From contig JAXLNO010000071.1 in NCBI GenBank assembly GCA_038087875.1, positions 47,568 to 67,567 on the forward strand: a stretch of 20,000 nucleotides of DNA, given 5' to 3'. Positions 10,500 to 20,000 of the stretch are shown here, piece after piece. The position numbers were made by a program, and so were the translations under genes. A model generated the notes under the pieces. It worked only from the letters and a program-made list of their open reading frames with translations. It was not told the origin of the DNA and ran no database searches. Position 1 is the first letter of the stretch; every line of letters begins with the position of its first letter. Origin of the DNA: Malacoraja senta (Eukaryota).

Positions 10500-11337
10500 C
10501 TGTGATGCAAAAAGAATGAACATATTACCAGCGCACCGTGTGGTTCACATGAGTTAAGCGTCGTTAACAAACACACACTACCTCGATAACGTTCAGCAGC
10601 AATTCCACCATTGCATCTGTGTGATTCTGAAAACAGAACACTGTTATGGGTCTCGACGAATAAGGGTTAATAATACGACATGGGTGATGCACTGCTCAAT
10701 ATAAACATCCGTAGCAACGACACCGTCCATTTATGATGTTTGAATGAATGTGGACCACTACAGACGCGTGTTCTGTATCAGACAGGAACCCAAGATTATG
10801 TAGGCGTGACTCAGATTGACACTTACCCAGCAGTTGGTGAGTATCGATTAATTTATATTTTGCAATTCACCCAGATGATGCCTACCTTTGACTTGGTAAC
10901 TGACGGGAAGGTCTGATTTCTGGTATCTTTGATCTTGGAGTAGTGTTGCAATTGAGGAAAGAGTTGTGTGATATCAAATGATCGCACTCATGTGAAGTCA
11001 CACAGTGATCATATAGAGAGGGGACAAAGCCCGTTCACCTATCACTGTGAAGTGCACCCCGCAATACCACGGTACAATGAACTGTCTCTTCAAAGGAAGT
11101 TTTGGAGATCAGTCAATTTTACTAAACGGTAAACTTTAAATTATATCTGGAACGCAGATTTTAATTCCACGGTAACCAGAGATGTTCAGTTGACGCAAAG
11201 CGATGACGGGGATAATTTCGAAAGAAACATGATTAGGTTCGAGAAGGTTAATCATTCGCATGGGGTCTGCAGTTCTATACCCTCTCGGCAATTCTCCTGC
11301 ACTTGCTGTGATAATGTAAGTCAGGAAATCACCAGGT

Positions 11338-11677
11338 GAAATGTTCCCGATGTTGGGGAAGTCCAGGACAAGGGGTCACAGCTTAAGGATAAGGGGGAAA
11401 TCCTTTAAGACCGAGATGAGGAAAAACGTTTTCACACAGAGTGGTGAATCTCTGGAACTCTCTGCCACAGAGGGTAGTTGAGGCCAGTTCATTGGCTATA
11501 TTTAAGAGGGAGTTAGATGTGGCCCTTGTGGCTAAAGGGATCATGGGGTATGGAGAGAAGGCAGGTACGGGATACTGAGTTGGATGATCAGCCATGATCA
11601 TATTGAATGGCGGTGCAGGCTCGAAGGGCCGAATGGCCTACTCCTACACCTATTTTGTATGTTTCTATGTTTCTATG
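11338..11677 (+). mobile_element. 5'-truncated CR1 (subfamily 'B') in the GPCR intron, antisense to the gene
   Basis: MFPMLGKSRTRGHSLRIRGKSFKTEMRKN..., LWNSLPQRVVEA; hairpin GGGCCGAATGGCC; (TTTCTATG)n tail. Confidence 0.92.
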
Positions 11678-12061
11678 AAAGGGCACTAATATGAAACACT
11701 GGCCAGGCCAGTTGCCGCCGCACTTACTTAACTCCTTTAACATTTTGTATTTCTACTATCCACTGCGACTTTGTGTGTTCCATCCATTTAGCTGGAACTA
11801 GACAATTGGACACAAGGGATCCACGACAAAGTCATTGTAAACGGGATCGAACAGTGCAAATACCGGGAAGTTGCCGATCTCTCTTCGTTTCATCCCGTAA
11901 AATGCACTGGTCAACGTGGCCGTAACGGTAAGAACTAGTCGCGCCTTCATAATCCCACAGCAGAGCGCGATCACTGAACAGGAAATGAATATAGGGAGTT
12001 TCGAGACATACAGCCAGTTTCTCAAATATTCAAAACACAAACGACAATGCTTCTTACTTAC

Positions 12062-12143
12062 CGGGCACGCCGAGAATAGGCAGGATGGGGTAGTATATCT
12101 TTTGGATCGCATATATGACAGTGACAATCCATATTTCGTCCAT
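12062..12143 (-). CDS. GPR139-like GPCR exon 1 (MDEIWIVTVIYAIQKIYYPILPILGVP plus 1 nt)
   Basis: ATG at 12143 in strong Kozak context (GAGATGG). 82 nt ending CCC G|GTAAGT (GT at 12061-12060). The phase-1 join to exon 2 gives GTG and restores TM1 YYPILPILGVPVNLVTIVVL (GxxxN). Intron 1562 nt; total protein 325 aa. Confidence 0.9.
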
Positions 12144-12861
12144 CTCCTTGTCACCGATTGTCAATTAGGTTAATTCCTTATTTGATTGTGGAATGGCTCA
12201 TTGGAAAGGTTCCCTTATTTGAAGGAAAGGGATTATCCCTTCGGGACCGTTGGGTGTCATTAGTTCCATGTTGCTCACAGTCCCTGAGCTAGCCTACTGT
12301 TCACAGAATGTTGCATAATATTGTGAAGTAAGTACCACGTGGTTATTCAGGTGAAGCTCCACAACGCTTTACAATTGTTCGGGAACATCGAAAAAAACAA
12401 ATATTCACCGCATATGTATTCTCCCTCATCGTGATTCTGCAAACCGCTCACCCTCCACGCCCAGCCGATTGGAATTTCCCTGTCAAAGTTAAATCAAAAC
12501 CTCAATATCTACATGGAAAGTTGCGATACGAACCCTCATTTTTGTTACATCTTTGCTTTCGCCACCTATTTTTTTACATGAAAAACTACCCACATTAATG
12601 ATAAGCGGCGCATTCAAGGTGATTCGTGGTGATTTTTCTGCCCAGAGACGCATACGTTTCCATCATCAGCGGTTCTGTAAATGCCCAGTCACTGATTTGC
12701 CTTTACTCAACATTGACGACTTCTTTACCGAGATTCATGTACTTGGTCGGACTATATAGTTATAGTTAAACGTGATCTCCGTCGATATTTTGAAATAATG
12801 TTTAACACTGACTGACTCACGAGATAATTCCATTAAGTCCCAGCCAGTAGTGACTAACATT

Positions 12862-14060
12862 CATAGTCACAGAGTGATCAAGCGTAGAAACAGGCCCTTC
12901 GGCCCAACTTGCCCACAACGGCCAACATGTCCCCGCTACACGTCCTACCTGTGCGAAATCTGTCCTGTCCACGTACCTTTCTAAATGTTTGTTAAACGTA
13001 GGGATAGTCCATGCGTCAACTACCTCCTATGGCAGGTTATCCAATACAGCTACCTTTTGTGTGAAAAAGGTACCCCTTAGATTTATATTAAATCGTTTTC
13101 CCTTCACTCACCCACTCTGGGAAAGATACTTTGTGCAACTTTACTATCTATTTCTCTCATGTTTTTATACATCTCAATAAGAAACCCCCTCATCCTCCTG
13201 CGCTCCAATGAAGAGTCTCATCCTACTCAACCTCTCCATATAGCTCACACCCTCTAGTCCTGGCAACATCCTTGTCAATCTTCTCTATACTCTTTCCAGC
13301 TTGGCAACATCTTTCCCATAACATGATGCCCAGAACTTAACAAATACTCTAAATGCTGCCTCACCCACGACTTATACAACTGCAACATGACCTCCCAACT
13401 TCTATAGTTAATTCTCTGACTGATGAAGGCCAATGTGCCAAAATCCTTTTCGACCACTGCGACTACCTGCGACTGCACCTACAGGAACCTTCAGGAACCA
13501 CGCACCTGCACTCCAAGATCCCTCGGCTCTACAACATTCCCAGAGATCTACCATTCACTTCCCATAATGCAACACTTCAAATGTCTCTGTTAAATACCAT
13601 CAACCATTCCTCAGCCCACCTGGCCAATCGATCAAGACTTATCGGACTTTGCTGGCTTTACCTTGCACGAAATGTTATTCCCTTATCATGTATCTGTACA
13701 CTGCAAATGGATCGATTGTAATCATGTATCGTCCTTCTGCTGACTGGTTAGCACGCAATACAAGTTTTTCACTGTACTTCGGTACAGGTGACAATAAACT
13801 AAACTGAACTAATCTGAAGATCCCGCTGCAATATTTCACAACCGTTTTCACTATCTGCAAAACTTCCCACTTTTGTATCATCAGCAAACTTGCTAATCTT
13901 GCCATGTATGTTATCATCCAAATCATCGATATATATGACAAACGGTAACGGGCCCAGCACCGAACCATGAGGCACACAACTAGTCACAGGCCTCCAGTCC
14001 AAGAAGCAACCTTCCACCATTACCCTCTGCTTCATTCCATGAAGCCAATTTTCTATCCAT
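12862..14060 (-). mobile_element. Older CR1 LINE (3' end at left), with internal deletions and a nested insertion
   Basis: Minus strand: WIENWLHGMKQRVMVEG...GSVLGPL...FADDTK, LAFISQRINYRSWEVMLQLYK; hairpin GGGCCGAAGGGCC near 12892-12904. Confidence 0.9.
13638..13816 (+). mobile_element. 3'-end fragment of a non-LTR element (probably Rex1/Babar 3'UTR) nested in CR1
   Basis: Interrupts the CR1 at CGATC-AAGA-TCC, with AAGA on both sides (13634-13637 and 13817-13820). Ends with hairpin TGTACTTCGGTACA, AATAAA and a (CTAAA)n-like tail. Clade assignment is from memory. Confidence 0.7.
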
Positions 14061-14619
14061 AAGAGGTGACACATTTAATGTTGCCTTGAATCGATGACGC
14101 CATAGATTGTCTGAAGGAATAAGCCATTCTAGATCGTCATCAGGGAAATACCAATGGAATGTGGTTGGTTTCAAATGGAAAGAGTCCTAATTCAATTGCA
14201 AGGTCGTCCCCGTGCATGGAAACATAACTTACTACAGTCATAATTTATTACCGCCTGAATTTCTCTTCCGTTTATGAATAATTCAATAGATGACAATGAA
14301 AACACGTGCCAAATGCCGGAGACACCGTGTTCTGGCTTAAATATAATTGGTTTAAACTAATTTCTGCCCTTATTTGTCTTGGGTAGTGAATAATCGTTGC
14401 AGGCGCAAACAGCCGGAAATCAGATCCGTGCAGTCAACTTATTTTATCCGTTTCACTCTTATTAATTTTATTCTCCTGCATTACCACCAACTGTCTGGGA
14501 TTCTAGAATATTTCTGCCAGTGATAAGCAATGGCTTAGCAATGATTTTTAAACCATTTATTCCATGGCATCTTTTCAACTGCGGCTTCACTCAAATCTAA
14601 ATCATTAAGTCACATAATG

Positions 14620-14900
14620 TGTTCACAGCCCCGACCCCTACATGTCCCGCCATTGAACAAGGACCGACAGACAAAACATTGGTTTCATTAGCTTCTCCAG
14701 GTGCTCCCACTCATCTTAAACAGTCAAATCAGCCAAACAACACCCACGACTTTCAATTGTCGGAGGAACACTGGGGACGCTGGTGGAACCCATGAGGTCT
14801 CGGGGAGAGCGTTCAAACTCAACACTATCAGCACTACGTGTCAGGATTGAAACATGGGCTCCGCAGTTAATTGCCAGCAGCTCTACAAATTCCACCAATA
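14620..14900 (-). mobile_element. Old HE1-type tRNA-derived SINE
   Basis: Minus strand has A-box-like TGGTGGAATTTGTAGAG and B-box-like GTTTCAATCC, followed by V-domain-like GAGTTTGAACGCTCTCCCCGAGACC. The left boundary is uncertain. Confidence 0.65.
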
Positions 14901-15049
14901 TGAAGTTTATTTTCCAGTTACTTGGCGGTTTCAGTGAGTTTAATCATTGCAAGTGAATAGTTGGGCTTCATGTGATTGGCACGTATCCTGATGTGTTCCA
15001 TATAAACGAGAGTTGAACAAGGTGATTGATCAAGTCCCCTGTATTTAGG

Positions 15050-15220
15050 CTTCGTTTTTGAAGATGTAAGCAAAAGGTTGTTGAGAGCACAGCTGAGGAC
15101 GGCGTGTATATGGATTTCAGCAAGGTATTTGCCAAGGTACGTGTGGTAGGCTGCTGGGAAAGGTAACATCGCATAGGATCTAAGGACAGTTAGCCTAATG
15201 GATAGAAAATTGGTTTCATG
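15050..15220 (+). mobile_element. CR1 RT fragment
   Basis: FEDVSK...GVYMDFSKVFAKV...WIENWFH. Confidence 0.8.
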
Positions 15221-15271
15221 TTGTGTGTGCCTCCGTGGTTCCATGGTTCAAGCCGTCTCAAACCGACTTCA

Positions 15272-15745
15272 GAACATAGAGTGAGTCATAGAGTGATACA
15301 TTGTGGAAACAGGCTCTTCTGCACAACGCGCCCACACCGGCCAACAATGTCCCAGTTACACTAGTCCCACTTGCCTGCGCTTTATCCATATTCCTCCAAA
15401 CCTGTCCTATCCATGAACCTGTCAAACTGTTTCTTAGAATAAAGGGAGGCCATTTAAGACTGAGGTGAGAAAAAACGTTTTCACCCAGAGAGTTGTGAAT
15501 TTGTGGAATTCCCTGCCACAGAGGGCAGTGGAGGCCAAATCACTGGATGGATTTAAGAGAGAGTTAGATAGAGCGCTAGGGGCTGGTGGAATCAAAGGAT
15601 ATGGGGAGAAGGCAGGCACGGGTTATTGATTGGGGACGATCAGCCATTATCACAATGAATGGCGGTGCTGGCACGAAGGGCCGAATGGCATACTCCTGCA
15701 CCTATTTTCTATGTTTCAACGATGGGATTGTCACACTTGCCACGT
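15272..15745 (-). mobile_element. CR1 3' end (host), interrupted by a younger CR1
   Basis: Tail CATAGAGT..., GGAAACAGG, CCTATCCATG...CTGTTTCTTA; resumes AACGATGGGATTGTC at 15718 (compare GTTAAACGTAGGGATAGTCC at ~12991). Confidence 0.75.
15435..15717 (+). mobile_element. 5'-truncated CR1 'B' nested in an older CR1
   Basis: RIKGRPFKTEVRKNVFTQRVVNLWNSLPQRAVEA; hairpin GGGCCGAATGGC; tail TTTTCTATGTTTC. Confidence 0.9.
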
Positions 15746-16051
15746 CTCCAGACACTTGAGACTCTCTCCTCACTCGTCCCCTGAACTATAAGAAGTTACG
15801 CCTGCATTTAATCTGCTCCCCTAATTTCTGACTTGGCATAAATATCTGAGATCATCACCAATTGTGTGCCGTCTAATCAGTTCTGCTTTCTCTCAGTTCG
15901 ATAGCAGTTCTGAGTTCTATCGTTTCCAGGTCTGTGTCGTTGGGTTTCATTCGCGTTTGGAATTTGGGTTCTCTTCAGTAATTCTCGGTGAGCCTTCATT
16001 AAAATCCTTCCCATTTCTGAGCCAGATGGGTTATCACCAACGTCTTGAACA

Positions 16052-16149
16052 ATTAGAAAAATAGAAAATAGTTGCAGGAGGAGGCCGTTTGGCCCTTCGA
16101 GCCAGCACCGCCATTCATTGTGATCATGGCTGATCGTCCCCATCAATAA
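16052..16149 (-). mobile_element. CR1 'B' 3' end (host, left part; resumes at 18753-18857)
   Basis: Reverse complement of the 3'UTR seen at about 15620-15717. Broken at ATCAATAA|CCCGTGCC. Confidence 0.85.
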
Positions 16150-18752
16150 ACATATAACCATATAACCATTACAGCACGGAAACAGGCCATCTCGGCCCTT
16201 CAAGTCCGTGCCGAACACTTTTTTATTTTTTAATTTGTTTTTATTATTACTTCCCCCTAGTCCCATCTACCTGCACTCAGACCATAACCCTCCATTCCTT
16301 TCCCATCCATATACCTATCCAATCTATTTTTAAAGTATAAAATCGAACCTGCCTCCACCACTTCCACTGGAAGCTCATTCCACACAGCTACCACTCTCTG
16401 AGTAAAGAAGTTCCCCCTAATGTTATCCCTAAACTTCTGTCCCTTAATTCTCAAGTCATGTCCCCTTGTTTGAATCTTCCCTACTCTCAATGGGAAAAGC
16501 TTATCCACGTCAACTCTGTCTAACCCGCAGATGTACTGGATGAGGCAATGCAGATAAAAGCGGAATCAGCAAACTTAATATCATATTTGTATAATATTAT
16601 CTTCAATGTACAAATACCATCTACGGAGGGTATCAGAAGAGACTGGGAACAAGAGTTAGCGATTAAAATTTCAAAGGAAAGTTGGAATGAATACTTATTA
16701 AACGTGCATAAATGCTCGATTAATGTAAGACACACTTTAATACAATTTAAAATTTTACATAGATTATATTATTCGAAAACTAAAATTCATAAAATTTTCC
16801 CAAATGTATCATCTATTTGTGATAAATGTCAATCCCAAGAAGCAACTATAGCGCACTCATTCGTTTCTTGTACAAAAATTCAAAAATTTTGGAATGAAAT
16901 TTTTGAAATCTTTACAAAGTTATTTAAAACAAGACTGATACCCAAAGCAGAATGGATTATCTTCGGTATAACGGAAGATGGTCCAGAACTAAATGTGTTT
17001 CAAAAGAAACTAATGGACTATGGGTTAATAACTGGAAAAAAGCTAATTCTAAAATTTTGGAAGAAGGCTCCAATACCAACTATAAATATGTGGATTTCAA
17101 ATATGTTTGAAACATTACACCTAGAAGAGATAAGACTCCTCCTAGCAGGTAAACCAGATCACTTCCACCTGACGTGGTCTGCATTTATAGAATTATTACA
17201 AACATAGGGTGCAAAAGTACTTAAAAAAAAATTGAGGTCAGGTAAGGGGGGATGATAGTTGAAGAGTTGGTATGTCCCATTTACGTAATGCTCATAAAAA
17301 TATTTGTTTCTCTCTTTTTCCTCTTTCTCTCTCTCTTTCTTTCCTAGGGTCTATTTCTTAACTCTTTTTCTTTTGTTTTTAATTTTGCTCTTATAGGGTC
17401 TTCGTCCTTTTTTGTTGTCACATTTCCTACACTTTCACTTTTTCCTTCACTTTCTTCTTTCTTTCAATCTTTTCCTTTTCTAGTGTAAAAAATAAATGGA
17501 GTACATTAATTGTAAGAAGATATAAATGACAAGTACTAATGTATGTGGTTGTAATGTAATGTACTTCTAATAAAATAAAAAAAAAAAAATAAAAATAAAA
17601 AAAAATTCATTTTAAAGACCTCTATCAAGTCCCCTCTTAACCTTCTGCGCTCCAAAGAATAAAGACCTAACTTGTTCAACCTTTCTCTGTAACTTAGTTG
17701 CTGAAACCCAGGCAACATTCTAGTAAATCTCCTCTGTACTCTCACTATTTTGTTGACATCCTTCCTATAATTAGGCGACCAAAATTGTACTCCATACTCC
17801 AGAATTGGCCTCACCAATGCCTTGTACAATTTTAATGTTACATCCCAACTTCTATATTCAATGCTCTGATTTATAAAGGCCAGCACACCAAAAGCTTTCT
17901 TTACCACCCTATCTACATGAGATTCCACCTTCAGGGAACTATGCAGTTATTCCTAGATCCCTCTGTTCAACTGCATTCCTCAATTCGCTACCATTTACCA
18001 TGTACGTCCTATTTTGATTTGTCCTGCCGAGATGTAGCACCTCACATTTATCAGCATTAAACTCCATCAGCCATCTTTCAGCCCACTCTTCCAAATGGCC
18101 TAAATCTCTCTGTAGACTTTGAAAATCTACTTCATTATCCACAACACCACCTATCTTAGTTTCATCCGCATACTTACTAATCCAATTTTCCACACCATCA
18201 TCCAGATCATTGATGTACATGACAAACAACAGTGGACCCAACACAGACCCCTGAGGCACCCGACTAGTCACCAGCCTCCAACCTGACAAACAGCCATCCA
18301 CTATTACTCTCTGGCATCTCCCATTCAGCCACTGTTAAATCCATCTTGCTACTCCACCATTAATACCCAACAATTGAATCTCCTTAACCAACCTTCCACG
18401 AGGAACCTTGTCAAAGGCCTTACTGAAGTCCATATAGACAACATCCACTGTTTTACCCTCGTCAATTTCCCTAGTAACCTCTTCGAAAAATTCAAAAAGA
18501 TTAGTCAAACATGACCTTCCAGGCACAAATCCATGTTGACTGTTCCTAATCAGACCCTGCTTATCCAGATGCTTATATATATTATCTCTAAGTATCCTTT
18601 CCATTAATTTGCCCATGACTGACGTCAAACTAACAGGTCTATAATTGCTAGGTTTACTCTTTAAACAACGGAACAACATGCGCAGTACGCCATTCCTCCG
18701 GCACTATTCCCGTTTCTAATGACATTTGAAATATTTCTGTCATAGCCCCGGA
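16150..18752 (-). mobile_element. CR1 'A' copy 2, 5'-truncated, with CAATAA target-site duplication; interrupted by L1
   Basis: Highly similar inverted copy of about 484-1997 (ORFs 18335-18679, 17939-18301, 17536-17928, 16257-16508). YADD is mutated to YADE. (CATATAAC)n tail at 16151; CAATAA at 16144-16149 and 18753-18758. Confidence 0.95.
16523..17605 (+). mobile_element. 5'-truncated L1-clade LINE: ORF2 C-terminus, 3'UTR and poly(A)
   Basis: Open frame to 17207 with IQFKILHRLY and a C-x2-C-x8-H-x4-C zinc knuckle (CDKCQSQEATIAHSFVSC), then KFW and ILKFWK. Pyrimidine-rich UTR; AATAAA plus A-rich tail at 17569-17605. Confidence 0.93.
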
Positions 18753-18857
18753 CAATAACCCGTGCCTGCCTTCTCCACATATATCTTGATTCCACTAGCC
18801 CCTAGATCTCTATCTAACTTTCTCTTCAATCCATCCAGTGACTTGTCCACCACTGCC
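18753..18857 (-). mobile_element. CR1 'B' host, right part
   Basis: CAATAACCCGTGCCTGCCTTCTCC...CCATCCAGTGA is the reverse complement of about 15525-15629. Confidence 0.85.
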
Positions 18858-18876
18858 ATAGAAACATAGAAAATAG

Positions 18877-19759
18877 ACCTGCAACATGACCTCCTAAATT
18901 ATATACTCAATACCCTAACAGATGAAGGCCAAAGTGCCAAAAGCCTTTTTGACCACCTTATCTACCTGCGGCTCGATCTTCAAGGACCCATGCACCTGTA
19001 CTCCTAGATCCCTCTGCTCTACAACACTACCCAGAGGCCTACCATTTACTGTGATGGTTCTGCCCTTGTTAGACGTCTCAAAATGCAACACCTCACACTT
19101 CTCTGGATTAAGTTCCACCAACCCACCTGGCCAACCGATCCAGATCCTGCTGCCATCGTTGACAACCATCTTCACTATCTGCAAAACCACTAACTTTTAT
19201 ATCATCAGCAAACTTGCTAATCTTGCCCTGTATGTTCTCATTCAAATCATTGATGATAAACACAAACAGGCCCAGCACCGAAACCTGTGGCACACCACTA
19301 GTCACAGGCCTCCAGTCTGAGAAACAACCATTCACAATCACCTTCTCCTACCTTCCATGGAGCCAATATGCCATCCATACAGCTATCTCTCCTTGGATCC
19401 CATGATATCACACCTTCCGGAGCAGCCTACCATGTGGCACCTTGTCGAACACCTTAGTAAAGTCCATGTACACAACATCTGCCTTCATCATCCTTTTTGC
19501 TCACGTCTTCAAAAAATCAATCAGATTGGTGAGAACGTCCTTCCACGTATAAAACCATGCTGACTATCCCTAATCAGCCCTTGCCCATCCAAATGCTTGT
19601 ATATCCTATCCCTCAGAATACTCTCCAGTAAGTTACCAACAGCAGATGTTAAGCCCACCGGCCTATAGTTCCCAGCATTTTCCCTGCAGCCCTTCTTGAA
19701 AAGAGGCACATTTGCCACACTCCAATCCTCTGGAACCTCTCCTCTATTTAAGGACTACT
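18877..19759 (-). mobile_element. Older CR1 ORF2 internal fragment
   Basis: ANVPLFKKGCRENAGNYRPVGLTS, SGVPQVSVLG, FADDIK, NPEKCEVLHF, KKAFGTLAFI. Confidence 0.9.
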
Positions 19760-20000
19760 CATGGCCGACCGAAGGGGGGAGGGGGGTGCGATAGGTGCGG
19801 TCGAACCCCCTTTTTTGCTCAGAGAGAAGAAAATACCGAGAAAAAAATATTGCAGCGCAATCCGTGCTCCACTTTGAAGGAAATTACCCGAAATTCGGGA
19901 AATTCTGCTTCCGGCCCGCGGGATGATTTGGGGAATAAAATATATTTGCGTCCATCCGCGCCGGTGATGCAGTCGCGACACAAAATGACGCCGTCTCTCG
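19760..20000. mobile_element. Probable terminus of a young DNA transposon (hAT-like); runs off the right edge
   Basis: Abrupt switch from CR1 to CATGGCCGACCGAAGGGGGGAGGGGGGTGCG...CGAACCCCC; about 22 CpG in 241 bp by hand count. Only one end is visible. Confidence 0.4.

Noticed and set aside
10498..10500. GTG start making the GPCR a single-exon 298-aa gene
   Set aside because: The GTG overlaps a CAG splice acceptor and TM1 would be incomplete; exon 1 at 12143-12062 explains it.
10575..10625. Possible alternative or vestigial exon 1 (minus strand ATTGCTGCTGAACGTTATCGAG|GTAGTG)
   Set aside because: Weak donor, no in-frame ATG for a phase-1 join, and charged residues where TM1 should be.
10821..10830. 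Second GTAAGT donor on the minus strand within the intron
   Set aside because: The upstream sequence has no TM1-like coding content.
11798..12173. ORFs 11798-12154 (-) and 11916-12173 (+)
   Set aside because: Off-frame or antisense shadows of GPCR exon 1 and its intron.
12165..12250. Repeated CCTTATTTGA, TAATT motifs and TCCCTTCGGGA upstream of the GPCR ATG (CArG-, homeodomain- or O/E-like)
   Set aside because: Short, imperfect matches (the O/E spacing is wrong) that cannot be distinguished from chance without paralogue alignment.
17300..17480. Pyrimidine-rich low-complexity tract as an independent feature
   Set aside because: Part of the L1 3'UTR.

Overview
Eukaryotic (vertebrate) genomic DNA. 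The repeat families (CR1 LINEs with octamer tails, HE1-type SINEs, Penelope-like and Rex-type fragments) point to a cartilaginous fish, probably a skate or ray; this is an inference. Roughly two-thirds of the window is nested, decayed retroelement DNA. One intact host gene is present: a two-exon, minus-strand class A GPCR of the GPR139/GPR142-like type. Exon 1 (12143-12062) is missed by the ORF track, exon 2 is 10499-9604, and the protein is 325 aa. The most interesting signals are (i) this divergent orphan receptor; (ii) a back-to-back CR1 ORF1/ORF2 junction with twin-priming-like geometry; (iii) a decayed minimal hammerhead ribozyme in a Penelope-like terminal repeat just downstream of the gene; (iv) reciprocal CR1/L1 nesting; (v) a CR1 apparently split by an inversion with a 23-bp inverted duplication; (vi) a CpG-rich, probable DNA-transposon end at the right edge. 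No prokaryotic system (CRISPR etc.) is present. Family assignments come from motif recognition and recalled consensus sequences, not database searches, and TE boundaries are approximate unless a junction is quoted.
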